Source: Piromyces finnis finn
Taxonomy: Eukaryota; Fungi; Neocallimastigomycota
NCBI GenBank assembly: GCA_002104945.1
Contig: MCFH01000006.1
Location: forward strand, 930,001 to 994,000
Reading direction: 5' to 3'
DNA: 64,000 nucleotides
The translations under genes and the position numbers were made by a program. Positions 40,419 through 51,186 of this stretch are shown here, one piece after another. The first letter of the stretch is position 1, and each line of letters begins with the position of its first letter. The notes beneath the pieces are model-generated. The model was not told the DNA's origin, did no database searches, and was given only the letters and a program-made list of their open reading frames with translations.

Positions 40419-43247
40419 ATGAAATATTGTAAATCACTAATAAATTTATTCACAATACTATTTTTTATTACTTGGGTAAAAGCCCAAGATAATAAAACTG
40501 AAGCTAAACCTGAAATAACTTTAACTCCTGGACCAATTATTGGTGAATACAAAGAAAAAGATTTAGATGATTCATATGATTCTGGTATCAGTATTCAATG
40601 TACTGGTACTACTTGTACCTCAACAAGTGATATTGTTATTTTAAATGAAGGAAATGTTACTATTTCAACCGCTGGTACCTACGTACTTGAAGGTGAATTA
40701 GTTGGTCAAGTTTATATTTCTGCTTCTAAAGATGATAATGTTCATCTTATTTTAAATAATATTGCCATTACTAGTGAATATGGTCCAGCAATTTATGAAG
40801 TTAAATGTAATAAATTAATCATTACAAGTGTTGGTGAAAATTCTCTTACAGATTCAACAAATTATCCAGTTATTGAAGATGATGATGATGATGACGCCGA
40901 CGAAGATGAAGATGAAAATGATAATATAAGTGGAAATACTCAAGCTGATGACGCTAAAAAGAAATCACCAAATGCCTGTCTTTTTGCAAAGAGTGATCTT
41001 TCTTTTAATGGTAAAGGAAGTCTTATTATTACTGGTAATTATTATGAAGGTATTAGATGTAAAAAGGATTTAAAATTCGTTTCAGGTATTATTAATGTAA
41101 AGGCTGTTGAAAAGGGTATTAAAGCTAAAAACTCAATTAGTATTAAAGAAGCTACAATTAATGTTGATGCTGTTAATACAGGTATTAAAGTCACAAAAGA
41201 TACTGATCCAGAAAAGGGATTTATTGTTATTGATGGAGGTAAGGTAACTGTAAAAGCAGGAAACGATGGTATTCATGCAGAAACTCATCTAACTATTAAT
41301 GACGGTTTTGTTGATGTTACTGAAAGTTTAGAAGGTCTTGAAGGTCAAATGATTGACATTGTTGGAGGTGAAATCCATATTAATGCTAGTGATGATGGTA
41401 TTAATGCATCTAAAATTGGTTCTCAAAATGATCAATTTGGTCCGCCAGGTGGTTTTGGTGGTCCAGGTGGTCCAGGCGGTTTTGGTAGTAATCAACCAGG
41501 TCAAGGTAATAATCAACCAGGTCAAAATGCAATTATTTCAACTGAAATTACATCTGAAATTGTTACTTCCATTATTACTAGTGAAGAAACTACTGAATCA
41601 ACTGATTCAGATGATGATGAAGAAATAACAGATATTAGTGACATTGGTATCGTTGAAGATGAGAATGAGGATGAAGATGTTATAGTAACTTCTTCCACTA
41701 AAGTTCCTCCAATTCTAACTACTAAAAATCTTCCAATTGAAATTGCTTCTACTAAAGAAGTTCCAGCACTTTCAACTAAGGTTGCACCATCAAAGAGTAT
41801 TTTAGAAATTACTTCAGCTAAAGTTATTTCAACAGCTAAAGCTGTTCCAACAAAATCTATTACAGCAAAGAATGTTCAATCTAATAATAGTGTTGGTATC
41901 AACTGGGGTTTTAACAATAAAAAAACTACTACAAAAGTTGTCACTACAAACAAAAAAACAAATAATTTGGGAAATGTTTTTGGAAATAATTCAAAGAAAG
42001 TTACAATTACTAAAACAAAGGTCATAACTAATTTACCAACTAACAAACCAGGTAACAACAACGGCTTTGGTAACAATAATTTCGGCAATAAGAACAATGG
42101 CTTTGGTAATAATAATTTCGGCAATAAGAATAATGGCTTTGGTAACAATAATTTCGGCAATAAGAACAATGGCTTTGGTAACAATAATCTCGGAAATAAT
42201 AATAATGGCTTTGGTAACAATAATTTCGGTAATAATAATGGCTTTGGTAACAATAATTTTGGTAATAATAACAATGGCTTTGGTAACAATAATTTCGGCA
42301 ATAAAAATAATGGCTTTGGTAATAATAATTTCGGAAATAATAATGTATTTGGTCAAAATAATAAATTTACAACTAAAGCAGTTAAAACTATTGCTAGTGT
42401 TACTACTACCAAATCTGCAAAATCTTTACAAAATCGCTTCAATAAGAGAGCAACTGATAAAGAAACACAAGTCTACATTAAGATTACTGGAGGAAAGGTT
42501 TATGTTAAAGTTAATGGTAATGATGTAGATGGTATTGATTCTAATGGATCTCTTTACATTGGTGGTAACGCTGAAGTTTACGTTAGTAATGGTTCTGGTG
42601 ATATTTATGGATTCATGGCCGCTTTAGATGCAGATGGTTCAAATGTCATTGATAAAGGTGCTACAGTTATTGCAACAGGTTCAAGTATGGGTGGATTTGG
42701 AGGACCAGGTGGAGGTTCAGGTGGTAGACCAGGTGGTAGACCAGGAAATGACGGTAACCAAAATGGTAATCCATTCGGAGGAATGGGAGGACCACCAGGA
42801 GGATTCAATCAAACTAATTCCTCATTCGAAGGAATGGGAGGATCACCAGGAGGATTCAATCAAACTAATTCCTCATTCGGAGGAATGGGAGGACCACCAG
42901 AAGGATTTAATCAAAATGATAATCCATTCGGAGGAATGGGAGGACCACCAGGAGGATTCAATCAAACTAATTCCTCATTCGGAGGAATGGGAGGACCACC
43001 AGGTGGTTTTGGTATGGAAACTGGTACTGTTAAACAAGCCAATATTCAAGTATCAGTTAATGCACAAGAAGCTGGTACAGAAATTATTCTTAAGGATAGT
43101 GATAATAATGTTATTATCAGTCACAAAGTTGAAACAAAATACTCTAAGATTCTTATTTCAACACCACAAATTATCGCAGGAGCCAATTATACACTTATTG
43201 CTGGTACTGAAACCCAAACTGTAACAGCATCTGAAGCTGATGAATAA
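40419..43247 (+). CDS. Secreted Cthe_2159-type (DUF4353) carbohydrate-binding beta-helix protein, paralog 1
   Basis: Signal peptide MKYCKSLINLFTILFFITWVKA. Family motifs: VTISTAGTYVLEGEL, VHLILNN, NSLTD, SDLSFNGKGSL, GFIVIDGGKVTVKAGNDGIHAE, EGLEGQMIDIVGGEIHINASDDGINA, DVDGIDSNG, ALDAD. The gene is intronless. Confidence 0.88.
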   Translation: MKYCKSLINLFTILFFITWVKAQDNKTEAKPEITLTPGPIIGEYKEKDLDDSYDSGISIQCTGTTCTSTSDIVILNEGNVTISTAGTYVLEGELVGQVYISASKDDNVHLILNNIAITSEYGPAIYEVKCNKLIITSVGENSLTDSTNYPVIEDDDDDDADEDEDENDNISGNTQADDAKKKSPNACLFAKSDLSFNGKGSLIITGNYYEGIRCKKDLKFVSGIINVKAVEKGIKAKNSISIKEATINVDAVNTGIKVTKDTDPEKGFIVIDGGKVTVKAGNDGIHAETHLTINDGFVDVTESLEGLEGQMIDIVGGEIHINASDDGINASKIGSQNDQFGPPGGFGGPGGPGGFGSNQPGQGNNQPGQNAIISTEITSEIVTSIITSEETTESTDSDDDEEITDISDIGIVEDENEDEDVIVTSSTKVPPILTTKNLPIEIASTKEVPALSTKVAPSKSILEITSAKVISTAKAVPTKSITAKNVQSNNSVGINWGFNNKKTTTKVVTTNKKTNNLGNVFGNNSKKVTITKTKVITNLPTNKPGNNNGFGNNNFGNKNNGFGNNNFGNKNNGFGNNNFGNKNNGFGNNNLGNNNNGFGNNNFGNNNGFGNNNFGNNNNGFGNNNFGNKNNGFGNNNFGNNNVFGQNNKFTTKAVKTIASVTTTKSAKSLQNRFNKRATDKETQVYIKITGGKVYVKVNGNDVDGIDSNGSLYIGGNAEVYVSNGSGDIYGFMAALDADGSNVIDKGATVIATGSSMGGFGGPGGGSGGRPGGRPGNDGNQNGNPFGGMGGPPGGFNQTNSSFEGMGGSPGGFNQTNSSFGGMGGPPEGFNQNDNPFGGMGGPPGGFNQTNSSFGGMGGPPGGFGMETGTVKQANIQVSVNAQEAGTEIILKDSDNNVIISHKVETKYSKILISTPQIIAGANYTLIAGTETQTVTASEADE
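42051..42353 (+). repeat. Coding tandem repeat (GFGNNNFGNKNN-like, about 36-bp unit) in Cthe_2159 paralog 1
   Basis: Repeated ggctttggtaacaataatttcggcaataagaacaat units. Confidence 0.92.
42771..43012 (+). repeat. Coding tandem repeat (FGGMGGPPGGFNQTNSS, 51-bp unit) in paralog 1
   Basis: Repeated ttcggaggaatgggaggaccaccaggaggattcaatcaaactaattcctca units. Confidence 0.9.
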
Positions 43248-44521
43248 AAAAACTGTATTTTATAAAAATTATTTTATATATATATTATACTCTATCTTTT
43301 ATTAAAAATTAATTAAATTTATTGTAAAAAAGTAATGTATTCATAATAATGATAAATTAATAAATAAATATTACGTTTAATAAAATTTATTGATAAAATA
43401 ATTATATAATATAAATACATAGTAATAGTGATAACAATTATTTGTTTATTCAAAGAATTTTATTTCTTTTTTACCTATTTGATAATTTTTTATTGCTTTT
43501 ATTTAAAATAAATTATTAAATTATATAAAAAAAAGTATCAAATAGTTATAAGAAGTTAGTTAAATATTTTTTAAAGCAGTTGTATTTTAATCTATTTAGT
43601 TCAGTTCATCAAATTATCCAATATCAGATATTGAATACCTCATGCTTAATAATAAACGTTAAAATCGTATAGTTCAAATTTACATTTATCTTATTAGAAA
43701 ATTTTTTAAAAATCATGACTGCACAATAATTTTTGCCTATAATAATAACTATTACAATAAGAATAATAATTTAATTCCTTAAATTTGAGTAATATTTAAA
43801 TACTGTAGTTAATGAAAGTTTTAATCAATTAGTGAATATTAATTAATATGATGAAAATTTCAAAATATTTGTTTTCAATATAAAAAAAAAAAAAAGAGAT
43901 TATTAGTGTAATACAATATAACAATATATCCCACTCATAAAATATTATGATTATTTCTAACTCATTTTTATTTTTTAAATTTAATAACGGGTTTGTGTAA
44001 CTCATATATATAAACTCTTTTAATTAACTACAAAAAAAATATTAAAATACATAAAATATTAAAATTATTAATAATCAATTTAATGCTATAAAAAAAAAGA
44101 AAAAAAAAAAAATTTTTAAATTCAGTACTTTTTGTGAACATTTTAAAACTTGATTTAATAATAAATGAAACAATACAATAAATAATAATAAAAACCATTT
44201 AATTTATAACTTTTATTTCAAATGTATTAACAAAGTTTCTATATAAAATATTATATTAATAAAAATACAATAATGATATATTATTATATTATACATAAAA
44301 ACCATATATATATATCAATTAAGACAATAATATTTTAAGAGTATCTTGATAAATATTAATGATTGTAAAAAAATTAATTTATATTATTTATTAATATTTT
44401 TTCTTGGTTTTTACAACCAATACTCTTAATCAATTAAATGATAATAGAATTGTATTTTATGTATTTTACTATTACAATAAAAAAAAAAGTTTAAATTTTA
44501 AAAAAAATGAAAATCTTATAA

Positions 44522-44555
<34 letters not shown>

Positions 44556-45209
44556 TAATTATAAAATAATGTTTTGTATTTTTGACATAAAATGAATCAT
44601 ATATTAAATTTAATAATTGTATTTTCATATTATTTAAGATTTCTGGATTAATTAAAAGAATATTAATGTAACCTTAATTAAAAATTTTAATATAATATTC
44701 AAATAGAAATAAATTAGAAAATTTCACTTTACCATTAAATATAGTTTAAAGATTTTAATATTGTTGACATTAATTCAAAACTTTAATTGCTAGTAATATT
44801 TAAAAAAATTAATTAAAATAATATTAATTATAATAACCATTAAAATTTTTGTATCAATTAAATAGAAGGGTCAATCACATTTTATTGTTTAAAGTGGAAA
44901 AAAAGATATAAAAAAAAAGAAATATTCCTTTCTTATTAATTTTTTTACTAACATTATTTTTATTATTTTGATAAATTTAAATATACAATTATATTTTTTT
45001 AGTTTAGTTTAAAAAAAAAACGAAATTATAAAAGAATATAATTATATATATTAAGTTTAATTAAATAGCATTTAATTCAAGCTTAAAAGTAATTATCAAA
45101 ATATTATTTAATGAAAAAAGTTCTTTAAAAAAAAAAACTTTAATAATAAATAAATGAAAAAATAAAATATAATAAAAAAGAATAATAAAAAATAAAATAA
45201 AAAATAAAA

Positions 45210-47360
45210 ATGAAGTATAATAAATTAATATCATTTATCTCATTACTTTTAATTGGTAATGTCAAAGCTAAAGATTCTAAGGATATAGTTGATGTTAAAT
45301 TAACACCTGGACCAATTAAAGGTGAATATTCAAAAAAAGATTTAGATGCAACTTATGATGTAAAAAGTATTGATATTCAATGTTCCGGTTTAACATGTGT
45401 TACTGATGATAAGAGTGTTTCAACCACTGAAGGTAAAGTAACTATTTCTTCAGCTGGTACATACATTCTTCAAGGTGAATTAAAGGGACAATTGAATATT
45501 GATGCTGGTAAAGATGATTTTGTTCATCTTGTATTAAAAAATATGACTATCACTAGTACATATGGTCCAGCTCTTCTTGAAGAGAAATGTAAAAAGATTG
45601 TTATTACATCTGTTGGTGATAATTATCTTTCTGATTCTATAAATTATCCAGAATCCAAAGAAGATAAAACTGAAGAAAATGATGAAGAATCAAAAAAAAC
45701 AGCTAATGCTTGTATTTATGCTAAAGATAATCTTACTTTTAATGGAGATGGTAATATTACTGTTATTGGTAATTATGATGAAGCTATTAGAAGTAAAGGT
45801 AATTTAAAATTTGTTTCTGGTAATTTTGAGGTTGGTTCAGTTGGAAAGGCTATTAAAGCTAAAGACTCATTTAGTGTCAAAGAAGCTCATATTAATATTG
45901 ATGCTACTGATAGTGCTATTAAGGTCACTAGAGATGATGATCCAGAAAAGGGTTTTGTTGTAATTGATGGTGGAAAAATTGTTATTAAAACTAAGAACGA
46001 TGGTATACATGCTGAATCTCATCTTACAATTAACGATGGTTATGTTGACATTATTGAAAGTAAAGAAGGTATTGAAGGTCAAATGGTTGATATTACTGGG
46101 GGTGAAGTACATATTAATGCATCTGATGATGGTATAAACTCTTCTAAGATTGGTGCTGTAAATGATATGCCACCACCATTTTTCTCACAATCATTAAATG
46201 AATTTGATTTAACTAAAAGTCAACCAAATGACAACATCTCAACTGAAATTATTGAAAATGAAACTCCACAACAAGAAGTTCAACAACAAGAAAATAATAA
46301 TAAGCTTAAGCATAGATGTTTCATTATTAAAAATTTAAAACCAAATAAATATACTACAACTACAACAATTATTAGAACTTCAACTTTAGTTAATAAACCA
46401 ACTGAAGAAGCCAGTATACCACAACAACAAGGTCAACAACAAGGTCAACAACAAGGTCAACAACAAGGCCAACAACAAGGCCAACAACAAGGCCAACAAC
46501 AAGGCCAACAACAAGGCCAACAACAAGGCCAACAACAAGGCCAACAACAAGGCCAACAACAAGGCCAACAACAAGGCCAACAACAAGGTCAACAACAAGG
46601 CCAACAACAAGGTCAAAATATGCAAGGACCACCACCACTTCCACCAAAAAATTACGATTTAGATGAAGAAGTTTATATTAGAATAACAGGTGGTAAGGTT
46701 TATGTAAAGGTTGATGGTAATGATACTGATGGTTTAGATTCAAATGGTTCACTTTATATTGGAGGCGATGCTACTGTTTTTGTTTCCCATGAAGCTGGTG
46801 ATATTTATGGAAATATGGCAGCTTTAGATTCAGAAGGATCTAATATTGTTGATGTTGGCGCTACTGTTGTAGTTACTGCTTCTGGTAAAATGCCACCTCC
46901 ACCAGGATTCCCAGGAGGTCCAGAATTAGCACCAGGACAAATGCCAGGTGGTCCAGGCGGTCCAGGTATGGGTGATATGGGTGGTCCAGGCGGTCCAGGT
47001 ATGGGCGGTATGGGTGGTCCAGGCAGTCCAGGTATGGGCGGTATGGGTGGTCCAGGCGGTCCAGGTATGGGCGGTATGGGTGGTCCAGGCGGTCCAGGTA
47101 TGGGTGGTATGGGAGGTCCACCTCAATCAGAATCTGGTACTGTTAAACAAGTCAATATTCAAACAAGAATTGATTTACAAGAAGTTGGTACTGAACTTAT
47201 TATAAAGGATAATGAAGGAAATGTTGTTATTTCTCACAAACCAGAAACATCTTTCTCACAAATACTTATTTCATCTCCAAAACTTATAGAAGGAAATGAA
47301 TACACTCTTATTGCTGGTAATGTAACAGCCAAGGTTACTGCTACCGTTTCTGATAAATAG
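45210..47360 (+). CDS. Secreted Cthe_2159-type (DUF4353) beta-helix protein, paralog 2
   Basis: Signal peptide MKYNKLISFISLLLIGNVKA. It has the same core motifs as paralog 1 (AGTYILQGEL, NDGIHAESHLTINDG, EGIEGQMVDITGG, DDGINSSK, DTDGLDSNG) and is intronless. Confidence 0.88.
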   Translation: MKYNKLISFISLLLIGNVKAKDSKDIVDVKLTPGPIKGEYSKKDLDATYDVKSIDIQCSGLTCVTDDKSVSTTEGKVTISSAGTYILQGELKGQLNIDAGKDDFVHLVLKNMTITSTYGPALLEEKCKKIVITSVGDNYLSDSINYPESKEDKTEENDEESKKTANACIYAKDNLTFNGDGNITVIGNYDEAIRSKGNLKFVSGNFEVGSVGKAIKAKDSFSVKEAHINIDATDSAIKVTRDDDPEKGFVVIDGGKIVIKTKNDGIHAESHLTINDGYVDIIESKEGIEGQMVDITGGEVHINASDDGINSSKIGAVNDMPPPFFSQSLNEFDLTKSQPNDNISTEIIENETPQQEVQQQENNNKLKHRCFIIKNLKPNKYTTTTTIIRTSTLVNKPTEEASIPQQQGQQQGQQQGQQQGQQQGQQQGQQQGQQQGQQQGQQQGQQQGQQQGQQQGQQQGQQQGQQQGQNMQGPPPLPPKNYDLDEEVYIRITGGKVYVKVDGNDTDGLDSNGSLYIGGDATVFVSHEAGDIYGNMAALDSEGSNIVDVGATVVVTASGKMPPPPGFPGGPELAPGQMPGGPGGPGMGDMGGPGGPGMGGMGGPGSPGMGGMGGPGGPGMGGMGGPGGPGMGGMGGPPQSESGTVKQVNIQTRIDLQEVGTELIIKDNEGNVVISHKPETSFSQILISSPKLIEGNEYTLIAGNVTAKVTATVSDK
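46422..46613 (+). repeat. (CAACAACAAGGY)x16 coding repeat = (QQQG)16 in paralog 2
   Basis: Near-perfect 12-bp tandem repeat. Confidence 0.95.
46947..47121 (+). repeat. Coding repeat GGPGGPGMGGM (33-bp unit) in paralog 2
   Basis: Repeated ggtggtccaggcggtccaggtatgggcggtatg units. Confidence 0.9.
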
Positions 47361-48454
47361 ATTCTTATAAATTATTTCTTAACTATTATAAAAAAAAATA
47401 TATAAGATAAAATAAAAAATCCACAATATAAAAAGGAAACTATAAAATCAAAATAAATTTATAAAATGGTAATATAATCAAGTTTCCACATATTTCATTT
47501 AATAAGAAATAAAAAAAAAAATCATTATCATAAATATTTTTTATATATAATATTATATAATATGTATAAATATAAATAACTATATATAAATCCAATTCAT
47601 AATAATATAAAATAATAAATAATAAAAATATTAATAATTAATAGTTATTGTTCAATGTTTGTTTAGCAAAAATAATAATATAGTATATTAAATTTAGTGA
47701 TTGAAATAGTTGTTTTAAATAAAGTTAATGCTATTATTTTTATATTCATTTATTATTAATTTCAAATGATTTATTAATAAATTTGTATTTTAATGGTTTT
47801 TTTTTTATTGACAGGATTTTTAAAGTAGTATTATTTAATTAAAGTAAATATAAATAATCAATATAATTTTTAATTACAGTAATATATGTAATATATGAAA
47901 GTATATATTAATAATATATGATTTTCTTGGAACCTAAAATAAAAATTAAAAGTATATTGTAATATTGTAATATATGGTAATAATAATTTACACTTAATTT
48001 AGATTAGATATATATGGCTAAATTGAAGTATTAACTTTAATTATATAAAAAAAAACTTTTCCTTTTAAAATTTTATTTTTAAATCAATAAAGGTAAAATA
48101 CATTTAAAGAATACATAAATTGGCATTGACATTAAATAATAATAATAATAACAATTATAAAAAACAAAGGATATTATAGGTATAAATAATCAATTGATGT
48201 TTTTTTAAAATTAAAATACCCTTTAAAAAAAATAATAAATATAATAATTTAGAAATATCTTATTAATTCTTTTTATTATTAATATTAAATATTATTGTTT
48301 TTCATTTATCTTATAATATATATATGTATATACTTTTTGACAAAATATATTTAGAGAGCTTATTCAATAATTTTAACTTTAATAATTAAAAATATTTTTA
48401 TCGTTTTTATATTTTACGTAAACAGATTTAACTAAATAAGTTAACTTATTAAAA

Positions 48455-50179
48455 ATGGTTAAAAAAGAAAAAGAAAATCAAAAGGTTATTTTAATACCTG
48501 GACCAATAACCGGAAAATACTCAGAATATGACTTGGATGAATCCTATAATAAATCAGATATTTTTATAGAATGTTCAGGTTCAAACATTACTTGCAATAA
48601 TCCAAATGTTACTATTAATAACAATAAGGTTACTATATCTTCAGCTGGAACATATATTCTACAAGGTGAATTAAAAAAGCAATTATTCATTTCAGCAAAT
48701 GAAAATGATTTTATTCATCTTATATTAAATAGTATATCTATTTCTAGTGAATGTGGACCAGCCATTTATGAAAAGAAATGTAAAAATCTAGTTATTACTT
48801 CTGTAGGAGAAAATATTCTTTCTGATACAACAAATTATCCAAAGGATGAAACCAAAAAGAAAAATAAATTACCAAATTCATGTATATTTTCATGTAATAA
48901 CCTTTCCATTAATGGAAAAGGCAGCCTTACGATTTTTGGTCATTATGATGAAGGAATAAGATGTAAAAAAGATTTAAAATTAATTTCAAGTACTATTAAT
49001 GTTACCTCAAAAGGTAAAGGTATTAAAGCTAAAAATTCAATTAGCATAAAAAGTGCTAATATAAATATTGAAGCTGGTGATAGTGCTATTAAAGCAACCG
49101 AAGATACAGATCCAGAAAAAGGTTTTGTTGTAGTTGATGGTGGTAAAATTGAAATTAAAGCAGGTAATGATGGTATTCATGCTGAATCACATCTTACAAT
49201 TAATGATGGTTATATTAATATTATTGAAAGTAAAGAAGGTCTTGAAGGTCAAATGATTGATATTCTCGGAGGAGAAATCCATGTCAATGCTAATGACGAT
49301 GGTATTAATGCATCTAAAATAGGTGCTGTTAATAATGACTTTGGACCACCATTTGGCGTTCCAGAGGGTCAATCATCCTTTGAACAATCACCTTTCAATA
49401 AAAGAAATGAAAACAATTCAGACTTTATTCCACCACCACCTCCACCATTAAAACATAACAGTGAGGATAACAAACAAGTATATATTAATATTATTGGTGG
49501 TAAAGTTTATGTGAAAGTTGAGGGTAACGATGTAGATGGTATTGATTCAAACGGTAATCTTTATATTGGTGGAAAAGCTAAAGTTTATGTTAGTAATGGA
49601 GATGGTGATATATATGGTTGTATGGCTGCATTAGATGCTGATGGAGATAATATTATTGACAAAGGCGCTACAGTAATTGCTACTGGATCTGGAATAATGA
49701 GTCCACCTGGAGGTCCCGGTGGTCCTGGTGGTCCACCACCATTTGGAAGAGGTGGTCCCGGAGGTCCTGGAGTTCCACCACCATTTGGAAGAGGTGGTCC
49801 TGGAGGTCCTGGAGTTCCATCACCATTTGGAAGAGGTGGTCCTGGATGTCCTGGTGGTCCACCACCATTTGGAAGAGATAGTCCTGGATGTCCTGGTGGT
49901 CCACCACCATTTGAAAAAGATGGTTCCGGAGATTCTAGAGTTCCACCAATGGAAACTGGTTCAGTTAAACAACCAAATATTCAAATTACTGTTGATTTAC
50001 AAAAAGCTTATACAGAGCTTACAGTGAAAGATAAAAATGATAATGTTATTATTACACATAAACCAGAAACATCTTATTCTAAAATCTTAATTTCAACACC
50101 AAAGCTTATTGAAGGAGAAGAATATACTATTAAAGCAGGAAATATAATTAAAACAGTTATTGCTTCAGGAAGTACATAA
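48455..50179 (+). CDS. Cthe_2159-type (DUF4353) beta-helix protein, paralog 3, no evident signal peptide
   Basis: Same core motifs (AGTYILQGEL, NDGIHAESHLTINDG, EGLEGQMIDILGGEIHVNANDDGINASK, DVDGIDSNG). The N-terminus MVKKEKENQKVILIPGP is polar, and there is an in-frame stop just upstream at 48437-48439. Confidence 0.88.
   Translation: MVKKEKENQKVILIPGPITGKYSEYDLDESYNKSDIFIECSGSNITCNNPNVTINNNKVTISSAGTYILQGELKKQLFISANENDFIHLILNSISISSECGPAIYEKKCKNLVITSVGENILSDTTNYPKDETKKKNKLPNSCIFSCNNLSINGKGSLTIFGHYDEGIRCKKDLKLISSTINVTSKGKGIKAKNSISIKSANINIEAGDSAIKATEDTDPEKGFVVVDGGKIEIKAGNDGIHAESHLTINDGYINIIESKEGLEGQMIDILGGEIHVNANDDGINASKIGAVNNDFGPPFGVPEGQSSFEQSPFNKRNENNSDFIPPPPPPLKHNSEDNKQVYINIIGGKVYVKVEGNDVDGIDSNGNLYIGGKAKVYVSNGDGDIYGCMAALDADGDNIIDKGATVIATGSGIMSPPGGPGGPGGPPPFGRGGPGGPGVPPPFGRGGPGGPGVPSPFGRGGPGCPGGPPPFGRDSPGCPGGPPPFEKDGSGDSRVPPMETGSVKQPNIQITVDLQKAYTELTVKDKNDNVIITHKPETSYSKILISTPKLIEGEEYTIKAGNIIKTVIASGST
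49707..49930 (+). repeat. Coding repeat GGPGGPGGPPPFGR-like (about 42-bp unit) in paralog 3
   Basis: Repeated ggtggtcc(t/c)gga...ccaccatttggaaga units. Confidence 0.88.
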
Positions 50180-51042
50180 AATTTATATATATATATATAT
50201 ATATATCCAAAGTTAAATAATTTTATGTTCAAATAAATTATTGTAAAATTGAAATGAAATGATATGTAATTATTAATTAATATATATTTAAAATATTAAT
50301 AATAATAATTATTATATATTTAATAACATGAATTTGAAAATAGTTAATTTTTTGGATTTCTGAGATTTGCTTAAGAAAAACTTATTATTGTATTTGTATT
50401 TAAAATATTATTTTTAAATAGGAGATTTCAATACACTATATAATAAAGAGTGATTTGTGCTACCTTTATTAAAAATAAGATGATATTAAGATATGAATTA
50501 TTTAATTATTTTAGAAACAAAAAATTAACTATATAAATAATTATTTATTCATTTATTCTTTTTTGTAATGATATATTTCAGTTTTATGATTTATCAAATT
50601 GGTTTAAAATTTCGAAATTCATTTATAAATTTTAGAAATGGTTATTAATGAATTATTCACAAAAAATGAATTTTTTTTTTTTTTTAGAAAATATTTAGAA
50701 ATATTAAAAAGAAATATCTTTAATTTTTTAAAGTTTTTTTTTTTTTATTTGTTTGATTTGCATTTGTATAATTATTAATTAATATTTCGAAATAATTGAT
50801 TTTAAATTCTAAAATAGTTATAAGCATTTTTAAATAAGCATAACAATGAAAATTCTTAAACATATTATACTGCGAAATAGATACAATAATTAGTTATTTT
50901 TTTTTTTGAATGAGTTGATTAACTTTATATTTTAAATTATAATTATTTTATTTATTGAGAGTTAAATAACAGTAAGAATTATTCTAATAAATTAATTATA
51001 AAAATATTTTAAAAATCAAAAATCTATCATCATCAATTATAG

Positions 51043-51186
<144 letters not shown>

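Noticed and set aside
42051-43012. Regularly spaced repeats resembling a CRISPR array
   Set aside because: They are in-frame coding repeats with no unique spacers, in a eukaryotic genome with no cas genes.
41328-50027. Many overlapping and antisense ORFs inside the Cthe_2159 genes (poly-L, LLPKP, VVQAV repeats etc.)
   Set aside because: They are alternative-frame shadows of the coding tandem repeats.
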